This document shows positions 17,619-28,481 of a stretch of DNA of 64,000 nucleotides, piece after piece. Below the pieces are notes generated by a model, which saw only the letters and a program-made list of their open reading frames with translations, was not told the DNA's origin and searched no databases. A program made the translations under genes and the position numbers. Numbering within the stretch: the stretch's first letter is position 1; every line of letters begins with the position of its first letter. Origin of the DNA: an uncultured virus (IMG/VR IMGVR_UViG_3300036770_002019) (taxonomy: Duplodnaviria > Heunggongvirae > Uroviricota > Caudoviricetes > Crassvirales); the IMG/VR virus record IMGVR_UViG_3300036770_002019, positions 1 to 64,000 of that record. One strand, given 5' to 3'.

Positions 17619-18730
17619 CCATAAATGAAATGCATATAGCTGTTAACCTGGGGGTGCAAAAGATTGCATCCTTCCAGGTTGACAACTTTTTACCTCAAGA
17701 GATTGACCATGAGTTAAACTCTGCTATGGATAGATTTATCAAACAACGATACTATCCATTAGGTAATAAGTACAGAAAAGGATTTGAGCAATCTCAAAAG
17801 CGAATTGATGACCTTAGAACTTTAGTGTCTACAAATGTTGCTAGCACCTTCTTGTTAGACAGTATTGAACTGTCAGACAATGTGTTAGATGATAACTACT
17901 TTGCAGATACTGCAGCACTCCCAAATGATTACTTATTTTTAGTAAATTTGAGGGCAGATTTGTTTGATGTATGTACTCCTACTACATTTAACATTGTAGC
18001 AGAAACATTCGCTTATCAAATAATAAACTTAACTCCCCCAATTACTGGGTATTATCTTACTAGAGTGCAGATACAATTATCAAGCAACAACCCAGTAACA
18101 GTAATTCAAAACAACAATGGGATTACTTACGATCAATTGCTTGATTCAAACAACTACACAAACAACTGTTGCACACCAGTACTATCTATAGAAACAAGTA
18201 CTCAAGGAAATACAGTAGAATTAACCCCAACTGTAGATGGGAATGAAATTTATTTAAAGATCGACACAGATCTATGGCAAGGTCCTTTAGTTACAACATT
18301 AACTTGGAGTAATGGATCTGAAACAGAGATTGTAACAATGGGAACCTACCAATCACACACAATAAGAAGAAGAGCGCTCCCAACAAACATAACACCTATT
18401 AGAAGAATTGTAGTATGTAGTTATTCTCAACTTGATGATATTTATACCTTACTCCAAGATCCTTTTAATACGACAAAAAGCACAGAGCCTAAATATACAT
18501 TAGATGAAAACTTTGTAAGAATATACACGACCAATGAATTTATAATTTCAAATGCGAGGATTACCTATATTAGGAGACCTCAAAGAATGAATAGAATTAT
18601 TGGGGTTGGTTGTGAACTTCCAGAGCATACACATCAAGAGATTGTAGAAATGGCTATAAAAAGCATACTAGAGGGAATACAAGACCCTAGGTATCAATCA
18701 CAGTCTATGGAAAACATGGAGAGTGAATAA
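17615..18730 (+). CDS. Head-tail connector or ring protein
   Basis: MTINEMH...FLPQEIDHELN, GFEQSQKRIDDLRTL, YIRRP, CELPEHTHQEIVEMA; GTG start. Confidence 0.7.
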   Translation: MTINEMHIAVNLGVQKIASFQVDNFLPQEIDHELNSAMDRFIKQRYYPLGNKYRKGFEQSQKRIDDLRTLVSTNVASTFLLDSIELSDNVLDDNYFADTAALPNDYLFLVNLRADLFDVCTPTTFNIVAETFAYQIINLTPPITGYYLTRVQIQLSSNNPVTVIQNNNGITYDQLLDSNNYTNNCCTPVLSIETSTQGNTVELTPTVDGNEIYLKIDTDLWQGPLVTTLTWSNGSETEIVTMGTYQSHTIRRRALPTNITPIRRIVVCSYSQLDDIYTLLQDPFNTTKSTEPKYTLDENFVRIYTTNEFIISNARITYIRRPQRMNRIIGVGCELPEHTHQEIVEMAIKSILEGIQDPRYQSQSMENMESE

Positions 18731-18767
18731 TTAATTTAATGTTTAATCCCAAAAAATAACAAAAACA

Positions 18768-19853
18768 ATGGGAACTAATTTATCACAAGTGTTTATCTCA
18801 AACACTGACGTTTTGGAGTCAGGTACGTCTTTTACAGGCATTGCTAGCACCCCAGAAATTGGAATCTGGAACCTTGCAGGTAACTCAGGTGCAGGCGCTT
18901 ATGTAAATACAGCTTTGTATCAAGCTACTGCTGACTTGACAGATTTGGATACTGGTGAAACACTGGCAGCTATTGCAAATCCGTTGTGGTTCTACAACAA
19001 TTTGCAATTTGTTCAAGGTACTGCAGGTAACCCAATTGCTACCCCAATGATTAATACACGAAACATTCGTCGTATTAAGTATGATCCATTTGTAGTATCT
19101 GCAGGTCATCAAACTGTTATTGATGTTGGTACTGCACTTAACAGCAAAAATGCAACCTTTAAATTTGTACTTAGAACAACTCCTGTAGATCAGTTGAGTT
19201 TTTATGATGCAGATGGTACTGGTTTGCCTGATTTGTCTGGGGGTGGGTATCAATTTCCTCTAGCGGCATTTAACACCACTAACCACAAAGTTATTAATGT
19301 TGAGTCATTGTTTGCGGCACGCCCAACCAACGATGAGGCAGGTGTTTACGATCACTTGGTTACGCTTATTGCAGCTAACCCTATATTGAATGCTTTGTTC
19401 AATGTTACGGATGGCACTACTACTTGTACTATTGCAGCACGTCACCCTGGTGTTATCTTCGATCTTATCATTAACAATGATACTGACGAAACTACCCTTG
19501 CATCTTCAGTTCAAACTGTAACTGGATTTGTACCAGGTACAGGTAATGCTTGGCAAGTTCTTGGTGAGGAAATTCGTTGCAGAAGCCGCTACGGTAACTT
19601 CAACCGCATGTACCTACCACAAAACATGCCTACTTACACCCAAGCTACATATCAGTACGACAAAATCACTATCGAGTACGAACACAACTGGCCAACTTCT
19701 ACAGGTATTGCACCTGCTGGAACTCTTAATCAAGTTGTATTGTACTTCACTGATACTGATGGTACTGCGCCTGTAGTTGGTGATTCAGGTACAGCTACTT
19801 ACGATAATGCCTTTGGCCTTACTATCGCAACTGCTGCTGAATTTATTTGGTAA
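18768..19853 (+). CDS. Abundant virion structural protein (auxiliary capsid-like)
   Basis: Highly expressed codon usage like the capsid gene; Thr/Ala/Gly-rich; followed by its own terminator. Confidence 0.65.
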   Translation: MGTNLSQVFISNTDVLESGTSFTGIASTPEIGIWNLAGNSGAGAYVNTALYQATADLTDLDTGETLAAIANPLWFYNNLQFVQGTAGNPIATPMINTRNIRRIKYDPFVVSAGHQTVIDVGTALNSKNATFKFVLRTTPVDQLSFYDADGTGLPDLSGGGYQFPLAAFNTTNHKVINVESLFAARPTNDEAGVYDHLVTLIAANPILNALFNVTDGTTTCTIAARHPGVIFDLIINNDTDETTLASSVQTVTGFVPGTGNAWQVLGEEIRCRSRYGNFNRMYLPQNMPTYTQATYQYDKITIEYEHNWPTSTGIAPAGTLNQVVLYFTDTDGTAPVVGDSGTATYDNAFGLTIATAAEFIW

Positions 19854-19859
19854 TAAAAT

Positions 19860-19898
19860 GGGAGGGTCTAAGAAACACTTAGCCCTCCCTTTATTTTT
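19860..19898 (+). terminator. Rho-independent terminator
   Basis: GGGAGGG-TCTAAG-AAACA-CTTAG-CCCTCCC followed by TTTATTTTT. Confidence 0.8.
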
Positions 19899-19903
19899 AA
19901 ATT

Positions 19904-20356
19904 ATGATAAACTCTAATTGTACTCAGATCTTATTTAATATACCAGTACCTGCAAATGCTGTAGGTAATGTTACAATTGAAGTAACTAATGGGGACGGAA
20001 CCGTTCAAAACTTTCCAGCTGTTGCGGTTGGGGGATTTGTAACTATTAACGTAAATATGGTTACAAGCGGAGTTGTATCATATGCAGTTCTTAGAGCAAA
20101 CAATGTAATTACAACTGGGACACTTGTATCTGGGTGTGAAATTGATTGCTGTTTAGCAAAACTCGTAGAGTCTGCTATTAATTGCACATGTAAATGTGAC
20201 AAATGTAAAGAAGAGCTCATGCGAGCTGAAAAAATTTATCTACTATTAGCTGCTGCTAAATTTGCAGCAGAGATAGAGAATAACTATGATGACGCTGTCG
20301 CCAAGTATAATAAAGCTAGAGAATTCTGCACAGAAGTTTGTGCTTGTGGATGTTAA
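19904..20356 (+). CDS. Cys-rich tail-associated structural protein
   Basis: CEIDCCL, CTCKCDKC, C-terminal CACGC; lies in the tail module. Confidence 0.6.
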   Translation: MINSNCTQILFNIPVPANAVGNVTIEVTNGDGTVQNFPAVAVGGFVTINVNMVTSGVVSYAVLRANNVITTGTLVSGCEIDCCLAKLVESAINCTCKCDKCKEELMRAEKIYLLLAAAKFAAEIENNYDDAVAKYNKAREFCTEVCACGC

Positions 20357-20359
20357 ACT

Positions 20360-23300
20360 ATGAGATTATTTTACGCACAGTCTGGGGATAATAAAGTTAC
20401 GGTAACAGCACCGTTTAATACGTTCACATCTAAATCATCTTTTGATGCTTTATATGGGGTAAAGCCTTACGCGTATACAGATGGTGATGGTAAAAGACAT
20501 GAGTTTAAGTCAACAGATTTTCAAAGTATAAACTACTATCCACAAAACAACGGACACTACTACATAGAGATTTTATTCTCAGCAAGCTTTACACCGAAGA
20601 ATGGGGCAATTCTTCATCTTAAAGCAATGTTTGAGTCCAAAGCTGAGCAAGTATTTACACTTCCATATGTAAAACAAAGCTCTGTAAAAGATGGGGAAGC
20701 CAGCGTTCAACAAGCTACAATAGCTATTACTAGAGAGGCTACTACTACAATAGCAAACACAGCATACAAAGTATATGTAAATTCTCAATTAGTTGAAACT
20801 AAGGCTATTCAGTCAAAAGCATTTAGTGGGGATATAAACTTATATCAAAACCCTGCGGATTCTGTTATTGAGTTTGTTGGGGTAACTAGTCAGTCAGAAC
20901 TAATCCCACAGTATCTTAACAACAACAAAGGTAAGTTCTTAACTAGTTCTGACTTCCTTGCAACTATTAATAACGAATCTTCTTACTTCTACGTATTTAC
21001 AGATAGACTATCTACAGAACCATTTGTAGTAGCTAATAAAGTAGGGTGTTTAGACGCAACAGCTAGCAATTACAATATTGCAGCTAAACCGCAGTTTAAT
21101 AACAACAGCTGTATATACGATTACAGAGAACCTAGAAATGTAGTAATTACAACTACTGTAGCATCTTCAAAGTTCCCAAATGTAACTATAACATATTCAG
21201 AAACTAACTTAGATAGTGCTAGTTATGACAATGCGGCTAACTTTACATCCTCTGTATCCATTAACGGGGCTACTGCAACTACGTTAACAACTACGGTCAA
21301 TGTAGAAGATGATGTTACAACATTATTTATTAAAGGTGAAAATGCCCCAGCATCAAGTAACTTAGATTCTTTAGTTGGGATTGATCTCCCATTTGCAAGA
21401 ATAACAGTTCTAGACAATGTTAATTCAGAAGATAGATCTTTCTTCTTCCCAACATTCAGAGCAACATCGAGTGGATGTGTAGATAACACAGCACTTAACT
21501 ATGAAGCAGGATCAACTCCTTGTACAAACTGCTGTTTATACTGCAACGATTTAGTTAATGGTCTGCAGTCAATATCATTTAACGGTCCTTTAGGATTTTC
21601 AAGTAGTAATGATGTTACCAATGATGATAATACAACTGTCTATGGAAGTATAGATATAGTATTTTCAGAACCAACTGAGTTTTTTAACAACCTCAGTAAC
21701 TTGCTAGTTAGCATGTCTAATACTTATTGGACAATTAATTACTACAATGTAAATCAAGTAGTTTTACCACAATCTCAGGGACTACAAGCAACTATATCTG
21801 GATCAGCACTTATAAATGACACAAACGATGCAGGAAGTGCTGCACAAATACAATTCGTAACCCCACCATCTAATAACTCTGGTTTATTCCCAGGAAATCA
21901 ATACTACGCAGAGTATGTATTTAATAATGGGAGTGGGTGCACATTTTATGCATATGCTTTATTTACAGTCCCATTTAATGGATGTCTAGACCCGTCAGCT
22001 ACTAATTACTCACCTTTACCAGGAAACACAGGGTTAGGAAATTGCACATACAGCTCAGATCAAACAGATTGTACACAATCAATTATAGCATCTATTACAC
22101 AACCTACTGTAATAACAAATGCATATGCTTTAGCTAGCTTAACAGTATTTGGGCAGGCTTCTGATGGAGTCAATGCAGATGTTTATGGAGAGTATACAAT
22201 ACTTTACAGTCTATACGAAATTAGTAGCGGGGCATTTATTGGTACTTACGTAGTAGATTCTGCAGTAGTTGTAGGACCTGGTAACCCATTTGTTACGTCA
22301 ATATCTTTACCCCCAAACACTTCAGCTACAATAACTATCACAGAACTTAATTCTAGTTGTAGTGAAGTTCTTCAAATATTCCATCCTGGGATAGTTCAAG
22401 TATTTGGGTGCACAGATCCTCTAGCCGTAAATTACAATTCGACTGCAACAGCAGAGAATGGTTCATGTGTATACTGTGACCAACTAGACTTAAGAGCTTT
22501 ATCTTTTACAAATGCTAGTGGTTCATGCTCATCGTCAAACTCAGATGGGACTATAACATTTGCAGTAACTAATGCCCCTGGGACATTCTATATTGTAATA
22601 GTACCGCTAATTGCCCCAGCTTACCAGCTCCCCCCTAACCAACTTATAGCTACTAACTTATCTGCAGGTATATATACTGCACAAGTAGTAGTTAATATGG
22701 GTCCAGGTATCAACTGTATTATAGACCTAAATGAATCAATAGGTATAGGAGTAACTACAAGTGGATGTGGCTGTACAAACCCATTAGCTGTAAACTTCAA
22801 TCCATTAGCAACTGAAGATGATGGAAGTTGTATAATTTTAGGGTGTACGGACGAATTAGCAATTAATTACTCCCCAAACGCTACTGTATCTGACGGATCT
22901 TGTATATACAACGTCAACCCAATAGAACCTGCGTGCATTCCAAACAGTGTAGATAACACTAATACTTACGATGTTACATTAAGTAACATACGTAGATGTC
23001 TTTCAAAAGAAGGAACTACACTTCTATTTAAAATACGTGGTGGGGTTAAGTGTGATACTACAGATCAAATAAAAATTACTTTAGTAACTTATTTACTTGG
23101 GAGATTAGGATTAGATTGTTTGTATAACTGTAACTACACATTCGACTACAATGGTCAAGAGATTGATTGCGAAAATCTTTGGACTCTTGGGGGACCTAGT
23201 GGTCCTGAGCTAGAATGGGATACTACTACAATCTATGCAGCTGGAGATATGATTAGATATACATCTAATGGAATTACTAGTTACTACACTACAATAGAGG

Positions 23301-23530
23301 CAGGGCAAGCTTTATTACCCCCACCAGCAGAGCCTTTAAAATGGATAAGATGTCAGGATTATTCATTACCTTCGGGAACAGAAACATATCTAAATACTTT
23401 CATTAACTTTGCAAGAAAGTTTTGTTTAGTTTGTTTTTCAGACCCACTACCTGTAGCTCAATCCATAAGTGTAGAAAACAATTTACTTGGGGGAATAACT
23501 TTAGAAAACGGGGATAACATACAATTATAA
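20360..23530 (+). CDS. Large tail or receptor-binding-like protein with GCTD..A.NY repeats
   Basis: Six GCx(D/N)xxAxN(Y/F) repeats at 21044, 21473, 21980, 22406, 22769 and 22841; beta-rich. Confidence 0.65.
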   Translation: MRLFYAQSGDNKVTVTAPFNTFTSKSSFDALYGVKPYAYTDGDGKRHEFKSTDFQSINYYPQNNGHYYIEILFSASFTPKNGAILHLKAMFESKAEQVFTLPYVKQSSVKDGEASVQQATIAITREATTTIANTAYKVYVNSQLVETKAIQSKAFSGDINLYQNPADSVIEFVGVTSQSELIPQYLNNNKGKFLTSSDFLATINNESSYFYVFTDRLSTEPFVVANKVGCLDATASNYNIAAKPQFNNNSCIYDYREPRNVVITTTVASSKFPNVTITYSETNLDSASYDNAANFTSSVSINGATATTLTTTVNVEDDVTTLFIKGENAPASSNLDSLVGIDLPFARITVLDNVNSEDRSFFFPTFRATSSGCVDNTALNYEAGSTPCTNCCLYCNDLVNGLQSISFNGPLGFSSSNDVTNDDNTTVYGSIDIVFSEPTEFFNNLSNLLVSMSNTYWTINYYNVNQVVLPQSQGLQATISGSALINDTNDAGSAAQIQFVTPPSNNSGLFPGNQYYAEYVFNNGSGCTFYAYALFTVPFNGCLDPSATNYSPLPGNTGLGNCTYSSDQTDCTQSIIASITQPTVITNAYALASLTVFGQASDGVNADVYGEYTILYSLYEISSGAFIGTYVVDSAVVVGPGNPFVTSISLPPNTSATITITELNSSCSEVLQIFHPGIVQVFGCTDPLAVNYNSTATAENGSCVYCDQLDLRALSFTNASGSCSSSNSDGTITFAVTNAPGTFYIVIVPLIAPAYQLPPNQLIATNLSAGIYTAQVVVNMGPGINCIIDLNESIGIGVTTSGCGCTNPLAVNFNPLATEDDGSCIILGCTDELAINYSPNATVSDGSCIYNVNPIEPACIPNSVDNTNTYDVTLSNIRRCLSKEGTTLLFKIRGGVKCDTTDQIKITLVTYLLGRLGLDCLYNCNYTFDYNGQEIDCENLWTLGGPSGPELEWDTTTIYAAGDMIRYTSNGITSYYTTIEAGQALLPPPAEPLKWIRCQDYSLPSGTETYLNTFINFARKFCLVCFSDPLPVAQSISVENNLLGGITLENGDNIQL

Positions 23531-24933
23531 TGGCTACAATAACTAACCTAGCAGCTCTAACAAAAACTAACGTAACCACTAATGATTACTTGTTAGTAGC
23601 TAACTCAGCTAAACAAACCAATACTAAGTTTCAGCTTTCTACTTTATTCCCAACAGTTCAAACAAAAGCTGGGGCTTCTGGAGCTGACTTGTTTGTAGAT
23701 ATTACAGATAAAAATGTAATCAATCTTAAAGGTATTGAGTCTGCAAATAATAAAATTACAGTTACTACAGCTGCTAACGATATTGTACTAACTCTCGCAG
23801 AAGCTAATATAGATCTAGCTAATTGTGACAATACTACCTCAACATTTCTATCTAGTGTCAATCTTACATCTAATGTAACAGGTACTCTCCCAGTAGCTAA
23901 TGGGGGTACAAACGCTACATCCTTTTTAGATAAAGCTGTTGTTATAACGCAAGCTTCTGGTACTGACACTCTTAGCTCTTTGGCTATGACTACTAACGGT
24001 CAATTGTTAATTGGGGGTACTAGCGGTCCACAAGTAGCTACGTTAACTGCAGGTACTAACATCACTATAACTAATGGGGATGGGGCTATTACTATCAATT
24101 CATCTTTAGCATCTGTATCCTCAGATCTAGATATGAATAACAACGACATAGATCTTGGAACAGGCTATATTAGTTCAGATGGTAATAGTAATGGTGTTAG
24201 AGTTACAGGAAATAATGCATACGTAGGTACTGCAGCATCTTATTTTAACTCTGCGGTACTTAATCTAAGTGGGGGAATAGATCTACTCACAAATACATCT
24301 CACACCATTAAAGTAGTAGCAGGAACAACTCCTGGAACACTAACTGTACAAGGACAAGATACTACTACTACAAATGGTAATGGGGGTAATTTAACTTTAT
24401 CTGCAGGAGATGCAGACGGCAGTGGTACAGGTGGACAACTAAATCTTTATGGAGGGGATACTGGATCTGGGACAGGGGGCAGTATTAAACTTATTACTTC
24501 AGTAGCAGGTACATATACTGACGCTATAACTATAGATGGGAGTTCTGACGTTACTGTAAATAACGGTAGTTTAATTATTGCTCAAGCTACTGAAGGATTA
24601 GTACATACTAACAAAGGAGCTGTAACACAGGCTACTAGCCACGCAACTGGGGTTACTGTAAATGCAACTTCAGGAATTATAACATTAGCAGGGGTAGCCC
24701 TGAATGCTGCTGCAGAAGCAGAGTTTACAGTAACAAATGGTGCTGTAACTACAGGATCTTTGATACTTCTAACAGTACAATGCCCAGCTGCAGCATCAGA
24801 GACAGATAATGCAACTTTAGTAGCTCAACTGAGTGGGGTAAGTAATGGAAGTTTTAACATCCGTCTTACTAACCCAGGAGCTGGAAATACATCAACCAAC
24901 GCACACAAAATAAACTTCTTAGTTATAAATTAA
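23530..24933 (+). CDS. Tail fibre or spike protein
   Basis: VTGTLPVANGGT, TLTAGTNITITNGDGAITI, GNGGNLTLSAG repeats; Thr/Gly/Asn-rich. Confidence 0.75.
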   Translation: MATITNLAALTKTNVTTNDYLLVANSAKQTNTKFQLSTLFPTVQTKAGASGADLFVDITDKNVINLKGIESANNKITVTTAANDIVLTLAEANIDLANCDNTTSTFLSSVNLTSNVTGTLPVANGGTNATSFLDKAVVITQASGTDTLSSLAMTTNGQLLIGGTSGPQVATLTAGTNITITNGDGAITINSSLASVSSDLDMNNNDIDLGTGYISSDGNSNGVRVTGNNAYVGTAASYFNSAVLNLSGGIDLLTNTSHTIKVVAGTTPGTLTVQGQDTTTTNGNGGNLTLSAGDADGSGTGGQLNLYGGDTGSGTGGSIKLITSVAGTYTDAITIDGSSDVTVNNGSLIIAQATEGLVHTNKGAVTQATSHATGVTVNATSGIITLAGVALNAAAEAEFTVTNGAVTTGSLILLTVQCPAAASETDNATLVAQLSGVSNGSFNIRLTNPGAGNTSTNAHKINFLVIN

Positions 24934-24943
24934 TCGCAAACAC

Positions 24944-25348
24944 ATGACACAAATTACAGGAACTAACAGAGAGTTTTTACAAATTTTAAAAGCTCTTGAA
25001 TCAGTAAAAACCTTAAAAGGTAAAACTTTTGCACTTCTAGTTGCTAAAAATATTAGCAGTATTACAGAACATCTTCAACCTATCGAAAAAGCTTCTATCC
25101 CTTCTAAAGACTTTCAAGAGCTTTCAGTAAAAGTTCACAAACTTATCGAAGAAGAAAAGTCAGAAGAAATAGAGAAAATTGAAAGTGAGCATGTTGAAAT
25201 AATTGAAGAACGTAAACATCAATTAGACAATGTTGAGAAGATGCTGAATATGGAAAGCAGTGTAGGAGTTAATTTAATAAGTGAAGAACATTTACCTAGT
25301 GATATCACAGCAGATCAAATTTATGGGCTGCTTAAAATCTTAAAATAA
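24944..25348 (+). CDS. Hypothetical protein (possible fibre chaperone)
   Basis: 134-aa helical ORF directly after the fibre gene. Confidence 0.6.
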   Translation: MTQITGTNREFLQILKALESVKTLKGKTFALLVAKNISSITEHLQPIEKASIPSKDFQELSVKVHKLIEEEKSEEIEKIESEHVEIIEERKHQLDNVEKMLNMESSVGVNLISEEHLPSDITADQIYGLLKILK

Positions 25349-25740
25349 TGGCTGCAATTAATTTCAAAGTAGAATTAAAATCATCTGGGCTATTATCCGC
25401 CCCACTATTATTATTTGCTGCAGATACAATTGTAGCTACAGGAGTAGTTGCTAAAGCAGCTAAGCTTATAACAGCTGTTAATGGGGCAGCAGTTACATTA
25501 TTCCCCAAAGCAGACTTTACAGATGCTGACGGTCAAGCCCTTGTCTTCATAAAAAATACAGGCAGTACTTACGATCTATTTGTAGAAGCTGGTACTGATG
25601 TAGAGTTTATTAAACTAAAACCTGGGCAATTTGCAGCCTTTCCGTGGTACACAGATAACAGTTCTGGGCAGGACCTTAAAGTCTATGCTAGTAATGCATC
25701 TGGTACTACTGTAGATGCCACATTAATTGAAATAACTTAA
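25348..25740 (+). CDS. Hypothetical structural protein
   Basis: 130 aa, beta-rich (VFIKNTG, IKLKPGQFAAFPW). Confidence 0.65.
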   Translation: MAAINFKVELKSSGLLSAPLLLFAADTIVATGVVAKAAKLITAVNGAAVTLFPKADFTDADGQALVFIKNTGSTYDLFVEAGTDVEFIKLKPGQFAAFPWYTDNSSGQDLKVYASNASGTTVDATLIEIT

Positions 25741-25743
25741 GTT

Positions 25744-26196
25744 ATGAGTGGAGTATTAGGAAGAATATTTGGGGGTTTAGCTTCTCAAGCTTCAACTATC
25801 ATTGATGAGGTAGTTACAACTCAAGAAGAAAAACTTGAGTTAAAAATGAAGCTTGAGCAACTAATCATGGATGCTGAACTTGCAGCAGACCAAGAAATAA
25901 CCAAACGCTGGGAAGTGGATATGGTTAATGGTAATTGGTTAAGTAAGAGCATTCGACCTCTGACACTAGCCTTCCTAGTAATAGCTACAGTGTTACTTGT
26001 ATTTATTGATGCAGGTGCTATAAACTTTGAAGTTAAAGAACACTGGGTTAACCTACTTGAACTAGTTTTGATTACAGTAATAGGAGCCTACTTTGGTGGG
26101 AGATCTTATGAAAAATCAAGAATTATTGTAAATGAAACTAGGTCTAGAAAAGAAGAAAGACATGAAAGAAGAAATAAAAGACTTTCTGAGGACTAA
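25744..26196 (+). CDS. Holin (3TM, GTA-holin-like family)
   Basis: IDEVVTTQEEKLE, RWEVDM, WLSKSIRPLTL, hydrophobic segments, GAYFGGRSYEK. Confidence 0.85.
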   Translation: MSGVLGRIFGGLASQASTIIDEVVTTQEEKLELKMKLEQLIMDAELAADQEITKRWEVDMVNGNWLSKSIRPLTLAFLVIATVLLVFIDAGAINFEVKEHWVNLLELVLITVIGAYFGGRSYEKSRIIVNETRSRKEERHERRNKRLSED

Positions 26197-27277
26197 CCCA
26201 GGGTATCTTAAAACAAGTATAGAAAGAATATCACACAGAGTAAACTGCAGTGATTTAAATCTATGCAGAGACGCTTTGAATGAAGTTAAGTTTGAACTTA
26301 AAAACAAGAACGTAAATGTAATAAGTGAGTTTAATAAACACTTGCAAGATAATGATATTCATCCTGACGATGTAATAAGTGTAAAGTATTGGCAAACAGC
26401 TTCTGGTAAACAAAGATTCTCAATCGTAACAAAGAATGAGCAGAATTCCGTACAAGACATTAAAGAGGAAATACAAAACTTTGCAAAACTTCACAGTACG
26501 AATGTACCAACAGTACTACGATCTTTTGATATTTCTAAACCGATAGCTTACGAAATATCTCTCCCAGACCTTCATTATGGGAAGATGCATTCTAAGACAC
26601 TCAATGAAATTGAATCTGAATTTTTACAAGTTATACACAACCTTGTAGACCAAGCTGTAAATTTAGACATTGAGAAGTTTATACTCCCAATTGGGAATGA
26701 TGGTATGAACTCTGAAGGAATGCGGCAGACAACTACTAAAGGTACTCCACAGCAAGACTCTGCAGGATGGAAAGAAACATTTAGAGGGTATTGGAACCTA
26801 ATAGTAAGAGCAATAGACTACTTAAAAGAAATTGCCCCAGTGGATGTAATAATTATATCTGGGAATCACGATTACGAAAGAATGTTCTATGTGGGGGATG
26901 TACTTGCAGGATGGTATAGAAATGATGAAAATGTTGTTATAGATAATTCAGAATCTTCTCGTAAATACATTGAGTATGGAGTAAATATGATTATGTTTAC
27001 ACATGGGGATAAAGAAAAGCCTAATGACATCCCATTAATAATGGCTACTGAACAACCAGAAATGTTTGCAAAGGCTTCTCACAGAGAAGCTCATTGTGGG
27101 CACTTTCACAAAGAAATGCTAAATGAGTACAGGGGAGTTAAAGTCAGATTTATACCTAGTATTTGCCCTAATGATGAGTGGCACAAACTCATGGGGTATG
27201 AGGCTAAACGAACAGGGCAAGCTTTTATTTGGTGCAAAAAAACTGGATTCTATGGATACTTCCAAACAAACCTCTGA
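26162..27277 (+). CDS. Calcineurin-like metallophosphoesterase
   Basis: PDLHYG, GND, GNHD, THGD and GHFH motifs; start probably MKEEIK at 26162 (track start 26132). Confidence 0.85.
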   Translation: MKEEIKDFLRTNPGYLKTSIERISHRVNCSDLNLCRDALNEVKFELKNKNVNVISEFNKHLQDNDIHPDDVISVKYWQTASGKQRFSIVTKNEQNSVQDIKEEIQNFAKLHSTNVPTVLRSFDISKPIAYEISLPDLHYGKMHSKTLNEIESEFLQVIHNLVDQAVNLDIEKFILPIGNDGMNSEGMRQTTTKGTPQQDSAGWKETFRGYWNLIVRAIDYLKEIAPVDVIIISGNHDYERMFYVGDVLAGWYRNDENVVIDNSESSRKYIEYGVNMIMFTHGDKEKPNDIPLIMATEQPEMFAKASHREAHCGHFHKEMLNEYRGVKVRFIPSICPNDEWHKLMGYEAKRTGQAFIWCKKTGFYGYFQTNL

Positions 27278-27536
27278 TGAGGATTTCTCTTACTATGAAG
27301 AGGATGAAATATTGGATGAAGCATATTACAATGCTTATCTAATAATTACCAATAGAATGACTTTAGATGAATTAATAACTTCTAAAGGGGAAATAACATT
27401 CATTCCATATGATCCTGGAGTACCAGAAACAATAGAACTGATTTTAGATGATATGATTGATTATTTTTCATCAACTGAAGAATACGAAATATGTGCAGAG
27501 TTAGTAAAAGTTAAAGAGAAATTAAATGACACTTGA
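27252..27536 (+). CDS. Acidic hypothetical protein with a C-terminal UVR-like motif
   Basis: Start moved to ATG 27252; DYFSSTEEYEICAELVK. Confidence 0.6.
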   Translation: MDTSKQTSDEDFSYYEEDEILDEAYYNAYLIITNRMTLDELITSKGEITFIPYDPGVPETIELILDDMIDYFSSTEEYEICAELVKVKEKLNDT

Positions 27537-28191
27537 TGAAATTGCATACAACCTTCTAAATCTAGTTCGCGGAGGTAGATCTAATCACGATGAAAACATC
27601 TCGCTTGATCAAATTAAATTTAATATCAAGCATTACAGAGCTGTATTCATTCGTAGAGATTTTGCACGCAATGGACTTATTACACGGCACTTAGAGCAAG
27701 ATCTTGGGTGCCTTAATCTTATTAGGGTAGACGCATCTAAGTGTTGTTCTTTACCTTCTACTTGCCCTGTATACAGAACAGAATTACCTCTCCCTAAAAC
27801 GGTTAGATTTAATTTCAAAGAAGCTATTACCTACACAGGTGATATTACAGGATTAGGGCGTATCCCAATGGTACAACCTTATGAAATAGCATATATTCCT
27901 TACGATAAGCACACAAGCAACAATCCTAAAACTTATATGATTGAAGACTACTTGTATGTCTATAATCCTAAAGGTATGGATGTTATAAATGTACGTGGGA
28001 TATTCGAAGATCCTGAAGAAGTGCAAAGATTTAAAACTTGTGATGGACCTTGCTATGATGAAAACTTCTCATTCCCCATGCCAATGGATATGGTTAGTTT
28101 AATAACTGCAGGACTACTAAATGGAGAACTAAAACTACTGGCAGGATCATTTACAGATGATGAGAATGACAGACAACAAGATAGAGAATAA
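27526..28191 (+). CDS. crAss-like tail ring or structural protein
   Basis: MTLDEIAYN...QIKF.I..YRA; INVRGIFEDP; FPMPMDMV. Confidence 0.65.
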   Translation: MTLDEIAYNLLNLVRGGRSNHDENISLDQIKFNIKHYRAVFIRRDFARNGLITRHLEQDLGCLNLIRVDASKCCSLPSTCPVYRTELPLPKTVRFNFKEAITYTGDITGLGRIPMVQPYEIAYIPYDKHTSNNPKTYMIEDYLYVYNPKGMDVINVRGIFEDPEEVQRFKTCDGPCYDENFSFPMPMDMVSLITAGLLNGELKLLAGSFTDDENDRQQDRE

Positions 28192-28481
28192 TGAATACAA
28201 ACGAAGAAAGATTGCTAAACGCAATCAAAAACCTTACAAGAAATTCTTTAGGTCAGTGTGGATCTATTATCATAGATGACACTGTAGAGCATGTAGGTCC
28301 ATATACAGCAATAACAGCTATTGGAACTGCTGCAGCAATCATTGATACCTCTGAGTGTGATTTAGGTCCTTTAGAAGATCAACCAGCAACAATTACTATA
28401 CCGCAAGGTGTAACAATATTTGGGGAGTTTAACTCTATCGAACTAGATTCAGGAGTTGTAATTGCGTACAAACAATGCTAA
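28191..28481 (+). CDS. Small structural protein
   Basis: TIPQGVTIFGEFNSIELDSGVVIAY, a beta-sandwich-type C-terminus. Confidence 0.65.
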   Translation: MNTNEERLLNAIKNLTRNSLGQCGSIIIDDTVEHVGPYTAITAIGTAAAIIDTSECDLGPLEDQPATITIPQGVTIFGEFNSIELDSGVVIAYKQC

